The notes beneath the pieces were generated by a model that saw nothing but the letters and a program-made list of their open reading frames with translations, did not search any database and was not told where the DNA came from. A stretch of DNA of 63,217 nucleotides. Source: a virus. Taxonomy: Duplodnaviria; Caudoviricetes. Shown piece after piece: positions 10,074 to 19,106 of the stretch (positions are counted from its first letter, which is position 1; every line of letters begins with the position of its first letter). The stretch covers positions 1-63,217 of IMG/VR virus record IMGVR_UViG_3300021379_000848. The stretch is one strand, 5' to 3'. A program made the translations under genes and the position numbers.

Positions 10074-10220
10074 GTGAGAAAAAAAGCGAAAAAAAACACT
10101 AAAAGCAAAAAAGATTCTTGTTATACAAAGGTAAAAAGATCCTATAAGGTGTTTCCTTCAGCGTACGCGAGTGGAGCTATAGCTAAATGTAGAAAAGCTA
10201 AAGCTAGAAAAAGAAAGTAA
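10074..10220 (+). CDS. Small basic protein, 48 aa, GTG start (not in ORF track)
   Basis: Translates to ...KKDSCYTKVKRSYKVFPSAYASGAIAKCRK...; stop overlaps the next ATG. Confidence 0.75.
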   Translation: MRKKAKKNTKSKKDSCYTKVKRSYKVFPSAYASGAIAKCRKAKARKRK

Positions 10221-10474
10221 TGGCTGTTAGAAAAACAAAAAAAGGTGCTGCGCTTAAAAGATGGTTTAAAGAAAAGTGGACAGACGAAAAAGGTAATGCT
10301 TGCGGATCTACTAAAAATAAAAAAACAAAAAAGTGTAGACCTAGTAAAAGAATAAGCTCTAAAACGCCTAAGACGTGGGGAGAAATGTCTTCATCTGAAA
10401 GAAGAAAAGCAATTGCTGAAAAGAAAAGAGTAGGCATGGGAAGAAGAACATCATCATTAAAACGTAAAAAGTAA
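10220..10474 (+). CDS. Small basic protein (LKRWFKEKW...CG...CRPSKR family)
   Basis: Motif recurrent in aquatic phage proteins; 84 aa. Confidence 0.8.
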   Translation: MAVRKTKKGAALKRWFKEKWTDEKGNACGSTKNKKTKKCRPSKRISSKTPKTWGEMSSSERRKAIAEKKRVGMGRRTSSLKRKK

Positions 10475-10478
10475 TATT

Positions 10479-10589
10479 ATGCCAAAAGTAAACGGAAAGA
10501 AATTTGCTTATACAGCAAAAGGTAAAAAAGCAGCGAAAGCATATGCTAAAAAAATGGGTAAAAAAATAAAATTAAAAGGGCGGAAATAA
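10479..10589 (+). CDS. Small basic protein, 36 aa (not in ORF track)
   Basis: MPKVNGKKFAYTAKGKKAAKAYAKKMGKKIKLKGRK. Confidence 0.7.
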   Translation: MPKVNGKKFAYTAKGKKAAKAYAKKMGKKIKLKGRK

Positions 10590-10603
10590 ATCCACCCTTT
10601 TTT
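10574..10603. terminator. Bidirectional intrinsic terminator between the convergent arms
   Basis: AAAAGGGCGGA-aataaa-TCCACCCTTTT with A/T tracts on both sides. Confidence 0.75.
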
Positions 10604-10608
10604 ATTAA

Positions 10609-12381
10609 TTATCCGTCGCAAGACAAGCAGTCACTAAACGCTGTTGCTGCTATATCACCTCTAAGCGTACTTTCAGGTCTAACATAATATAACGTTTTAA
10701 TTCCATGTTTCCATGCTTCTAAATGTACTTGGTTAAACCACTTTGGAGGTACATCAACTGGAAATGCTAAATTAAGCGATACGGACTGATCTATGTACGT
10801 TTGTCTGATTCCAGCCTGTTTCACTAGCTCTAACTGATTAAGCTCTCTAAACGTCTTAAAAACGTCTTTAATCTCAATAATATTGCCAAGTCTTACATCA
10901 TCTTCAGATAAATGTTCTTTAGAGCTCAGTCTTCCATCAAAATAACACCAAGAGTCTAATTCATCAATACCTTGTACTGATCCTTCGTCAGCTAAAATTC
11001 TATTCCAGATTTCAGTATTATTAATACCCATAGCTTCTAAAACTTCTTCAAGCACTTTATTCCTTCTAATAAATGTACCCGCAGATCCTTTTTCAGTAAA
11101 TAGGTTCGCAGCCCAAGGTTCGATACCTGGTGAAACATTTCCAGCTAACTTGCTATTAGATACAGTGGGAGCTACAGCTCTAAGGTGAGTGTTCCTCATG
11201 CCTGTACCTTTACACCATAATGGCTCACCATATACGTCAGCTAGATCTCTACTTGCTCTTTCGGATTCAATCTTCATTCTTGAAAATATCTCTCTTGTAG
11301 CAAACTGAGCTGGTAAACCTTCAAATGGAATACCTCTTTCCTGGAGATACGTATGCCATCCAAGTACACCTAATCCTAAAGCTCTACCTTTTTCCGCAGA
11401 ACGTATAGCATTTTCGAAACCTTGACGATATTTAGCTTTCTGAATAAACTCTTCCAGTACACCATCTAAAAACCATGTAGCATCATAAATTAAGTTTGTG
11501 TCTTTCCATTCATCATACTTAGCTAAGTTTAAAGACGATAAACAACAAACAAAGCTATGAGACTCGTCTGTGTGTAGTACAATCTCTGAACAAATGTTTG
11601 TCATATGCACTTTAAGGCTATTCTTTTTGTATGCTTCAGGATTTGCTTTATTAACATTTCCTTTAAACATAATATAAGGTTCACCTGTTTGTTTACGCTT
11701 CTGTAAGATCTTACCCCAACGTCTTCTAGCTTCTTGATCTCCTTTTTCAAGAGAATTCATAAAACCATCATCAATAACTACACAATGATGCAGGTTTAAG
11801 CATTGTCTATTTATATCTCCTTTAGGCTCTCTGATTTCTAACCATTGATCAAAATCACCATGATTAACTTTAATATTTGTAGAAGCAGCACCTCTTCTAA
11901 CAGCTCCTTGATTTGTTGCTAAAATTGTTGAGTCATAGATTTTAGTAAAAGGTACAACACCATCTGAAGTACCATTACCTGTTATAGAAGAACCCGCTGG
12001 TCTAATCATATTTGTGCCAATACCTACACCACCTCCGTGTTTTGCTAACAGCATTAACTCTAAATTCTTCTTACCAATGTCGTAGATTGAATCCGCTACA
12101 TCAATACCGAAGCAGCTTATTGGTAAACCTCTTTCAGTTCCGGTGTTAGATAATACTGGGGAAGCGAGACATAACCAACCATTCCAAATGTATTCAAAGA
12201 ATCTTTCAGATAGTTCTGGACGATAAAGTCTTTTAGCAACTGTGGATGCCACCCTATAGTAAGCCTCCCTGGGCGTCTCGCCTTCAAGAAGATAACCGTC
12301 GGTAATTGTTCTTTTGTATATTTCGTTGTCTCCCCATTCAGGGTAATCAACTCCTTTGATCCATTCATTATTCCAAGTCAT
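10609..12381 (-). CDS. nrdA: Ribonucleotide reductase class I alpha subunit (no ATP cone)
   Basis: SPVLSN...PISCF, GGGVG, TNICSEI, APTVSNS, DQSVSLN, KTLYY, C-terminal CLSCDG. Confidence 0.95.
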   Translation of the reverse strand: MTWNNEWIKGVDYPEWGDNEIYKRTITDGYLLEGETPREAYYRVASTVAKRLYRPELSERFFEYIWNGWLCLASPVLSNTGTERGLPISCFGIDVADSIYDIGKKNLELMLLAKHGGGVGIGTNMIRPAGSSITGNGTSDGVVPFTKIYDSTILATNQGAVRRGAASTNIKVNHGDFDQWLEIREPKGDINRQCLNLHHCVVIDDGFMNSLEKGDQEARRRWGKILQKRKQTGEPYIMFKGNVNKANPEAYKKNSLKVHMTNICSEIVLHTDESHSFVCCLSSLNLAKYDEWKDTNLIYDATWFLDGVLEEFIQKAKYRQGFENAIRSAEKGRALGLGVLGWHTYLQERGIPFEGLPAQFATREIFSRMKIESERASRDLADVYGEPLWCKGTGMRNTHLRAVAPTVSNSKLAGNVSPGIEPWAANLFTEKGSAGTFIRRNKVLEEVLEAMGINNTEIWNRILADEGSVQGIDELDSWCYFDGRLSSKEHLSEDDVRLGNIIEIKDVFKTFRELNQLELVKQAGIRQTYIDQSVSLNLAFPVDVPPKWFNQVHLEAWKHGIKTLYYVRPESTLRGDIAATAFSDCLSCDG

Positions 12382-12628
12382 TTATTGCAGCTTCTTTTTT
12401 AGGTTCATTTTCTTGCTCATTGTTCGTTGTTAATTCTGACAACACCTCCTCAGCAGCTACTTTAAATGTGTCCATTTTAGATAGAGCTAAATCCATTAAG
12501 GTAACTGTTCTTTCTAATTTAGCTAATTTAGTGGCAATTTCTTCAGCTAACATGTTAATAGCGGCTCTGTTTTTTTGCGAGTAATTATAACACGCATCTA
12601 CTTTACTTTGTTTTTTATTATTCTTCAT
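12368..12628 (-). CDS. Hypothetical coiled-coil protein between nrdB and nrdA
   Basis: 86-aa ORF overlapping the nrdA start. Confidence 0.65.
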   Translation of the reverse strand: MKNNKKQSKVDACYNYSQKNRAAINMLAEEIATKLAKLERTVTLMDLALSKMDTFKVAAEEVLSELTTNNEQENEPKKEAAINDLE

Positions 12629-12681
12629 CGTTTCTGTTTTGATTATATAAATTTTCTAATACTTCTTGGGTTGACATTAAC

Positions 12682-13653
12682 CTACCAAAGGCCCTCGTTC
12701 CAGTCTTCGCCTTCGTTAGCTTTCGAGTAATCTGTTGGCCTAATGGCGAAAAAATCAGAATGAGTGAGCCCCCCGGTAAGATTATAGAACCAATTAAGGT
12801 TATCTGCTGCTTTAGCGTTAAACGGGAAATACGATCCAAGATCAACGTACCCGAGTTCAACAAGTTTTTCATTTGTTCTTCTTTTTATAAATTGTATCAA
12901 ATCATATGAGGATATACCTTCAACATCTCCTTTTTCAAACATCTTATTGATGTATTTTACTTCCAGGCTTACCATTGTTTCAGCAGCCTTAATTATATCT
13001 TCTCTGCATAAGTGCAGTAATTGATCATTTTCAGCGCACATATCACGGAATAACTTGCAACCCATTTTAGAATGTAAAGATTCATCTCTAACACTCCAAG
13101 CCATTTGTTGACCTATTCCTTTTAGCATGTTACGCAGCTGAAAACTATATAGAACAGCAAAAGCACTATATAAAGATACACCTTCAGCAAATGCTGAGAA
13201 TATCGCGAGGGATTTTCCGATCCCAATTTGAGAATTGCCGTCATACGCAACAAGATTATCAAAGCGAGCAGCCGTAGCGGGCTCATGCAAAAAAGCTTCA
13301 AAATCATCTAATCCTAATGTTTCATTTAAATAAGAATATGCTGTAGCATGAATAGTTTCTTGAGATCCAAACATCATAGCCATTTGCTGGATTTCGTGTT
13401 TCGGAAACCAACTAACTATTTTTTGTGTCCAGTAATCTGACACAGCACATTCGGTTTGGGCAAATCCTAATAGGATGTTACCAACTAAGTGTTTTTCTTT
13501 TTCATTTAATTTTTCATTCCAATCCTTAATATCTCCTTGCATTGGTATCTCAGTGTGAAGCCAAAAAGCTTGAGCTTGTTTCAACCAACCCTCCGTGTAA
13601 TAGTCTGGATACTCAAATGGTTTGTATGCTATACGCTTATCAAATAACCCCAT
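12682..13653 (-). CDS. nrdB: Ribonucleotide reductase beta subunit, NrdBi/class Id-like
   Basis: FW, AQTE, ETIHATAY, EGVSLY, RDESLH; Glu as first metal ligand. Confidence 0.93.
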   Translation of the reverse strand: MGLFDKRIAYKPFEYPDYYTEGWLKQAQAFWLHTEIPMQGDIKDWNEKLNEKEKHLVGNILLGFAQTECAVSDYWTQKIVSWFPKHEIQQMAMMFGSQETIHATAYSYLNETLGLDDFEAFLHEPATAARFDNLVAYDGNSQIGIGKSLAIFSAFAEGVSLYSAFAVLYSFQLRNMLKGIGQQMAWSVRDESLHSKMGCKLFRDMCAENDQLLHLCREDIIKAAETMVSLEVKYINKMFEKGDVEGISSYDLIQFIKRRTNEKLVELGYVDLGSYFPFNAKAADNLNWFYNLTGGLTHSDFFAIRPTDYSKANEGEDWNEGLW

Positions 13654-13814
13654 TACTTTTCTGTTTTATCAATAGTTAAACATAAATTTACAAAAGGAAT
13701 ATAAAGAGAATGAATAGTTACATTAGGCATAGAATAAGTTCTAATCCCTAATAATATACCCTCATAAAATCCTAATGTTATTTCCCAGTTTGGTCCTTCC
13801 TCCAGTTGTGACAT
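13653..13814 (-). CDS. Small hypothetical protein, 53 aa (not in ORF track)
   Basis: MSQLEEGPNWEITLGFYEGILLGIRTY...LYIPFVNLCLTIDKTEK; stop overlaps the nrdB ATG. Confidence 0.65.
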   Translation of the reverse strand: MSQLEEGPNWEITLGFYEGILLGIRTYSMPNVTIHSLYIPFVNLCLTIDKTEK

Positions 13815-13987
13815 ATAATTCCGTATTTTTCTTGCTGTTTTATTAAATCTTTATACTTTACTTTTCTTTTAATTGATAATGACCACTTAATCCATTTATC
13901 AACTTGCCTTTCCGCATACTTGAATTTAGCTACTTCTTTGCTCTTTCTAGTATCAGTCTTACTGTTTCGTCGCATTCTTTTTGGCAT
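13778..13987 (-). CDS. Hypothetical basic protein
   Basis: ORF in packed operon. Confidence 0.5.
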   Translation of the reverse strand: MPKRMRRNSKTDTRKSKEVAKFKYAERQVDKWIKWSLSIKRKVKYKDLIKQQEKYGIICHNWRKDQTGK

Positions 13988-14400
13988 TGTGGTTTATATA
14001 AGGTATAGCCAGGGAATTGTTGTTGTACTAAACGCTTGAATAGTTTCCAACGCATAGGAAACGACTCATTAGCTCTACCTTTACATTCAATTATAAAATT
14101 ATCTCCTATGAAATCAGGAGTGTACTTGATAGGCAGTATTCTTTTTTGCCCTCTATTTTTGTACTCTCCTTTTCCATTACTTTGTCTTTCAAATACTTCA
14201 TTATCAAAATGAAATCCACTTAAAAGAACAAAGGTTTCGCCTTCGTATTTAGCTTTAATTTTAGCGTTTTTTAAAGCCATATACATATACCTCTCGAGTC
14301 CCGAAGCAAAGTTGATACCATCGTATGATACCTTCTTTGCTGTTACAGGTCCTCTTTTCTTTGATCCTCTCTTATAATTCTTTCGCATCTTCAACTTCAA
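13930..14400 (-). CDS. T7 endonuclease I-like PD-(D/E)xK nuclease / Holliday junction resolvase
   Basis: FASGLE...KYE...YTPDF...IIECKG. Confidence 0.8.
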   Translation of the reverse strand: MKLKMRKNYKRGSKKRGPVTAKKVSYDGINFASGLERYMYMALKNAKIKAKYEGETFVLLSGFHFDNEVFERQSNGKGEYKNRGQKRILPIKYTPDFIGDNFIIECKGRANESFPMRWKLFKRLVQQQFPGYTLYKPQCQKECDETVRLILERAKK

Positions 14401-14644
14401 TTTTCATTGCATCACGATACAATAGCTCTTGCATTTCTTCTGAAGTTTTTTCTTTTAGCTTTTGAATATACAATGTAGCATCCATTAGTTCTTCTTGAAT
14501 GTGATTTAGCCATTCAAATAGATTTGATGGATCCTCATCTAATGTTACACCATATTTTTTAAAGCCAACGTCAGATCGTGATACAAATTTATCTACTACT
14601 CTTTCAACAACTGGATCTCTAAATTTAATTTCTTTACTACTCAT
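14372..14644 (-). CDS. Small all-alpha NTP pyrophosphatase-like protein
   Basis: RSDVGFKKYGVTL...WLNHIQEELMDATLY, an EExxD pattern. Confidence 0.6.
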   Translation of the reverse strand: MSSKEIKFRDPVVERVVDKFVSRSDVGFKKYGVTLDEDPSNLFEWLNHIQEELMDATLYIQKLKEKTSEEMQELLYRDAMKIEVEDAKEL

Positions 14645-14645
14645 A

Positions 14646-15557
14646 TTATAATGTTTCTTTTACAAAAGTTCCGTTAACCATACTACCTTTACGTTTAGCT
14701 ATTACGTTGTAAGCTGCATCAATACAGTCTTCAACTTCGAATCCTTCAAGATGAGCTAAGTTTGTAAGTACAACAATCATATCACCAATAGCATCTTTTA
14801 TCTCAGGTTTATCATTTTTTAATAATGCTTTAGCAAGCTCACCAGCTTCCTCTATTAATTTTACATATTGAGTTTTGCTATCACCTTTGCTATAGATACC
14901 ACGCTCTCTAGCCCATTCACGTATAGCTTCAAATCTTATGAAGTCGTTATCATTTATAGGTCTACATGTTGTATTATAGCTATCCGTCGTTATAATTCCT
15001 CTTCTCATGTAGATATTATCATCATTATCTGTTGTAGATGTAGTGTATCTATCACTATCACCCGAAAGAGATCTTAAGTATTCATACAATGCTTTATTGT
15101 AGATATAAGTTCTATTACTATTAAATTTTGACACCTGAGCATTGCTCAATATCCAATTGATAGTTGTATCATTTAAGGTGAAAAAATACCCTTGTGCAGT
15201 TTCCCAAGCTTCATTTTTGAATTTATTTAAATATTCAGATAATCCTTTAATAGGAACTGGAAATGTGCTTGTCGCTTCCGTTGGGTTTACATTAAATTGA
15301 TTTTTAGTTTTCTTCATTTTATTTTTATTAAATTTAAGGTTTTTATATAAAATTGTTTCTCTATCGTACCCATGAAAAGTTTGAAGTTCCACTTCGCGAC
15401 GAGATATATAATCTATATCTGTACTTTGATCTAAAACTTCATATTCACCCTCTTTGTATCCTTGCACAAAGGTAACACGTTTATTGAGATCACGAGTGAC
15501 ACCTATCTTTTTACCTGGAATATGATATATATAATAAATAGTTTGCTCTTCTTCCAT
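14646..15557 (-). CDS. mazG: Multi-domain protein: GIY-YIG-like N-terminus plus C-terminal MazG pyrophosphohydrolase
   Basis: YYIYHIPGKKIGVT...R; C-terminal KLIEEAGELAKA...KDAIGDMIVVL. Confidence 0.75.
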   Translation of the reverse strand: MEEEQTIYYIYHIPGKKIGVTRDLNKRVTFVQGYKEGEYEVLDQSTDIDYISRREVELQTFHGYDRETILYKNLKFNKNKMKKTKNQFNVNPTEATSTFPVPIKGLSEYLNKFKNEAWETAQGYFFTLNDTTINWILSNAQVSKFNSNRTYIYNKALYEYLRSLSGDSDRYTTSTTDNDDNIYMRRGIITTDSYNTTCRPINDNDFIRFEAIREWARERGIYSKGDSKTQYVKLIEEAGELAKALLKNDKPEIKDAIGDMIVVLTNLAHLEGFEVEDCIDAAYNVIAKRKGSMVNGTFVKETL

Positions 15558-15574
15558 AATGATTTCTTATTTTT

Positions 15575-16396
15575 TTACAAACCTACACTCAAAGGTGCTT
15601 TTATAACTTCTCCTGATTTGTAATTTAAAAGCTTTATATCGTCTTTTAAAGGAATATTAACCTTTCCATTTGTAATGTATATAGAATCTTTTAAAGATAG
15701 CTTAGGAAGCTCGTATGACTCTCGTTTAATATATTCTTTAGCTTGATCAATATGGTTATTATATAAATGGCAATCCCCTAATTGACCAACTAGCATATAC
15801 GGTTTCAACCCTGCTCCTTTAGCTAACATTTCTAATAATAAGCCATACATTGCAATATCATAAGGTAACCCTAAGAACAAGTCAGCTGATCTTTGCATCC
15901 AAAGTAAGCTTAAGTTACCATCTTGTACATACAATTGAAAACCATAATGACAAGGAGGTAAAGCCATTTCTTTTAGTTGCACTGGGTTCCAAGCTATTGT
16001 TAACATTCTTCTTGAATTTGGATCTTCCCTCAATGTCTTAACCACTTTCATAAGTTGATCCACACCAAAAAAGTCTCGCCATTGTTTCCCATATACAGGA
16101 CCTAATGTTCCATCAGTTCTACCTGAGCGCTCATAGTCAGGTCTCCAATATTTAACTCCATTGTCTTCAAGATATTTTAAATCAGTTCTACCGTTTAATA
16201 TCCAAAGTAATTCAGTGCGAGCGGCATTAAAACTTACTTTTTTTCTAGTTAGCAGAGGGAAACCTGCTTGCATATTGTGTTTAATTTGTTTACCAAACAC
16301 AGATATTGTGCCAGTCCCTGTTCTGTCGTCTTTTTTTCCACCAGAATATAAGGTTGATGCTAAAAGACTTACGTATTCATCCTCTATGTTTCTCAT
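15575..16396 (-). CDS. thyA: Thymidylate synthase
   Basis: DRTGTGT, LGPVYGKQWR, PNSRR, ALPPCH, QRSADLFLGLPYD, GDCHLY. Confidence 0.97.
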   Translation of the reverse strand: MRNIEDEYVSLLASTLYSGGKKDDRTGTGTISVFGKQIKHNMQAGFPLLTRKKVSFNAARTELLWILNGRTDLKYLEDNGVKYWRPDYERSGRTDGTLGPVYGKQWRDFFGVDQLMKVVKTLREDPNSRRMLTIAWNPVQLKEMALPPCHYGFQLYVQDGNLSLLWMQRSADLFLGLPYDIAMYGLLLEMLAKGAGLKPYMLVGQLGDCHLYNNHIDQAKEYIKRESYELPKLSLKDSIYITNGKVNIPLKDDIKLLNYKSGEVIKAPLSVGL

Positions 16397-16649
16397 AATA
16401 ATATTTCATAAATTTATATAATTGTTCTGCAATCTCTTCTTTAGGATATACTTTAGGACTCTCATTTACTTTTTCGTTTTTAGAGTATTGTCCAAAAGCT
16501 ATTCCTACTTTAAACACACTTGGGTTCATACCTCTTTCTTGAGGTAGCGGGAATATTCTAATATTGTTTTTAATACAATATTCCATAGCTTCAACATCCT
16601 CATCTAAAGGAGTGTAGTAATCAAAAATCCCCTTTTGTTTTTTTCTCAT
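16377..16649 (-). CDS. Hypothetical protein (probable start MRKKQ)
   Basis: The longer ORF-track start overlaps the primase gene. Confidence 0.65.
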   Translation of the reverse strand: MRKKQKGIFDYYTPLDEDVEAMEYCIKNNIRIFPLPQERGMNPSVFKVGIAFGQYSKNEKVNESPKVYPKEEIAEQLYKFMKYYYEKHRG

Positions 16650-16662
16650 TCCACTTCCCATA

Positions 16663-18369
16663 CTACCAAGGCAAACCGTTATCAATTTCGTTTGGATCTG
16701 TAGTAGGTACAAATAAACCAGACCTAGGATCCCAGGTAAAGTGAGCTTCAGCACCATTCTCACCTAGATTTTGAAACTTAACCTTAAGCACTTTTACTTT
16801 AGTGGTTTTGTTTTCATAATCTCTGTGAACTAACAAACCGTGATATGAAGCATCGTACCATTCACCTCCACCTTTAATATTGTACATAGTTGGTTCCTCA
16901 ATTTTACCATTTTTATCTTTATACATTTTAGTAGGGTGAGCTACAATAATAACTAACACATCATACTTCTTGGCAAACATTTCGATCTTCTGAAGATAAT
17001 CCATAGTATATCTATTAACATCTTCAGTTTTAGAATCTACATCTCTAACTTTGTTGAACGGGTCTAGTACTAAGCATTTAATACCTTTACGTTTCACAAG
17101 CTCCGCTCCTTTTCTAAGAACAGATTCTAAAGTGAATCTCTCCATGTCTATATGGAAGAAGTTTTTATTGTAATGAGTAGTTAATTGCTTCCACCGCTCT
17201 TGTCCAATATCTTCTTTAGATGGTAAGCCTTGCCACATTTTTCTTAGTAACTTGTGAGCATGCAGATAAGTAGGTACATTTTCAGGTGAAGCATAAGCTG
17301 TTTTCCAACCATAATTTTTATTGTAACCTACAATCATTTGATCCACAAAATCAGACTTACCTGAAGAAGGAATACCGGTTACAGTAATAAATTGACCTGT
17401 ATATGTTGAAAATATACTGTCAAAGTTTTCTAAACCAACTTGAAATCCAGGTTTAAACCCATTATGCACAAAGTCAATTACTTCTTGCTCAATATCTCTA
17501 AATGTAGTAACATTTTCTAAAGGTACAGGTTTTGCTGAAACAATACGCTCAGTTAACTTTTCTGCACCATGATCTAAAAGATATTGATTAGCATCCTTAC
17601 AATCTTCAAAATCAGCTAAATAACAAACCTCAGATCCTAACCTTCTAATAAGTTCCGTTTGTAGAGCTTGACCTGGTTCATCGTTGTCAACAGCTAAAAT
17701 TATCTTTTCCATACCTTCGAAATAATCAATACAATTATCAAGGTATTCTAAGTTGTTGTGATTTAAAGTAGCACCGTTAGGAACAGAGATAGCGTTAGTT
17801 ATACCAGCTTCGTATAAAGCAAGAACATCCATTTCACCTTCTACAATAACACAGTAGTCATATCCTACTATATTGTCTATGTTGTAAAAGATCTTTTCAG
17901 CGCCTTTGTATAACTTAAAGTTTTTAGCGCCATCTCTGTATTTAACATTAGTTAATTCTCCTCCAGCAAAGTAATTGAATTGAATAGTGTTTTCTTCTTT
18001 CCTTGTTTGAGGCATCCATTCTTTACCTTCAGATACTTTCATATCTACTAGGGTTTTTTCTGAAATACCTCTTTCTTTAAACCAATCTACTACTTTACTT
18101 GATAGATCAGATTTAACTTCGTGTGTAGGTTTTTCGTAAACAATATCCATACTCGATTTTTTTCTTTTAAATGTATGCAATTGAAATGTTGAATTGCAGT
18201 TATGGCAAGTACCTAATCCTCTACCCCAGTCATATGAAGCACATTTTTGTTTTTTATTTTTAGGCTTTCTAGTATGAGAGCATAAAGGACAAATACCTTG
18301 CTTTCTACCAACTTCTAATTTATGAACATTGAAATCCTCAATTTCGAATCCATTAATTTCTTGTTGCAT
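16663..18369 (-). CDS. T7 gp4/Twinkle-like primase-helicase
   Basis: Zn ribbon CPLC...CHNC, TOPRIM VEGEMD and DNDEPG, Walker A GIPSSGKS, LVLDP, VAHP. Confidence 0.93.
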   Translation of the reverse strand: MQQEINGFEIEDFNVHKLEVGRKQGICPLCSHTRKPKNKKQKCASYDWGRGLGTCHNCNSTFQLHTFKRKKSSMDIVYEKPTHEVKSDLSSKVVDWFKERGISEKTLVDMKVSEGKEWMPQTRKEENTIQFNYFAGGELTNVKYRDGAKNFKLYKGAEKIFYNIDNIVGYDYCVIVEGEMDVLALYEAGITNAISVPNGATLNHNNLEYLDNCIDYFEGMEKIILAVDNDEPGQALQTELIRRLGSEVCYLADFEDCKDANQYLLDHGAEKLTERIVSAKPVPLENVTTFRDIEQEVIDFVHNGFKPGFQVGLENFDSIFSTYTGQFITVTGIPSSGKSDFVDQMIVGYNKNYGWKTAYASPENVPTYLHAHKLLRKMWQGLPSKEDIGQERWKQLTTHYNKNFFHIDMERFTLESVLRKGAELVKRKGIKCLVLDPFNKVRDVDSKTEDVNRYTMDYLQKIEMFAKKYDVLVIIVAHPTKMYKDKNGKIEEPTMYNIKGGGEWYDASYHGLLVHRDYENKTTKVKVLKVKFQNLGENGAEAHFTWDPRSGLFVPTTDPNEIDNGLPW

Positions 18370-18387
18370 TTTAGTTTATTTTAAAAT

Positions 18388-18417
18388 AAAAAAGCCTAAG
18401 ACAATAATCTCAGGCTT
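18388..18417 (-). terminator. Intrinsic terminator after the SSB gene
   Basis: Minus strand AAGCCTGAGA-ttattg-TCTTAGGCTT then T tract. Confidence 0.7.
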
Positions 18418-18454
18418 ATTAGTCTCTTAATATATAAGGTAATTTTTGTTCTTA

Positions 18455-18772
18455 CTAGAACGGTAAGTCGTCCTCAACAGGTGCTGCTTGAACTTGAGCA
18501 GGTGCAGATCCTCCATTTTGTTGATAAGGAGTTTTATCTACGTTTTGACCATCAGTCCATACAACAGTGTTGTTTCCAAGATATACTTTAGCTGCTCCGC
18601 TGTCTTTTTCTTCTTTAGACTGATCAACAGTAACAGGGCCTTGATTTCCGTAATTATCAACTTCATTGTTAATTGTAGCAACAAGAGTTACATATTTACC
18701 TTTTTTTCCGTGGTAGATTTTATCAGCTGGAATTTTTGATACATCTACTTTTAATTTAATAATACTAGCCAT
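18455..18772 (-). CDS. Single-stranded DNA-binding protein (Bacteroidota phage type)
   Basis: GKKGKY...YLGN and acidic C-terminus EDDLPF. Confidence 0.75.
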   Translation of the reverse strand: MASIIKLKVDVSKIPADKIYHGKKGKYVTLVATINNEVDNYGNQGPVTVDQSKEEKDSGAAKVYLGNNTVVWTDGQNVDKTPYQQNGGSAPAQVQAAPVEDDLPF

Positions 18773-18774
18773 AA

Positions 18775-18939
18775 TTATGAGTTTTGAACTTGGTTAAACA
18801 ATTGTTTTAATTTTCTTACAGGTACACCTGTTGTTCTGCGAAAGTTATCTACTTGCTTGCAGTGAGTGTGGTTTCCATAAAAGTTGTCTACTGAGTAGAA
18901 ACGATTTGTTACGCTACATAATTTTACTTGGTTTTTCAT
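18775..18939 (-). CDS. Small Cys/His-containing protein (probable start MKNQV)
   Basis: Immediately downstream of the motif copy at 18977. Confidence 0.6.
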   Translation of the reverse strand: MKNQVKLCSVTNRFYSVDNFYGNHTHCKQVDNFRRTTGVPVRKLKQLFNQVQNS

Positions 18940-19016
18940 TTTTATAATATTTAATTTAATTAATATACGTTTTATTTTATCAATCATAGTTCGTGTTCGT
19001 TTTGTAAGCATTTAAT

Positions 19017-19106
19017 TTATTTTGTGAAATATGCTATTGTTAATGAAACTATTGCTAATATGCACCACCAAAATAAAAAGGTTCCAATTCCTTTTTCTTT
19101 GCTCAT
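19017..19106 (-). CDS. 29-aa membrane peptide (not in ORF track)
   Basis: MSKEKGIGTFLFWWCILAIVSLTIAYFTK; ATGA overlap with the upstream stop. Confidence 0.55.
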   Translation of the reverse strand: MSKEKGIGTFLFWWCILAIVSLTIAYFTK

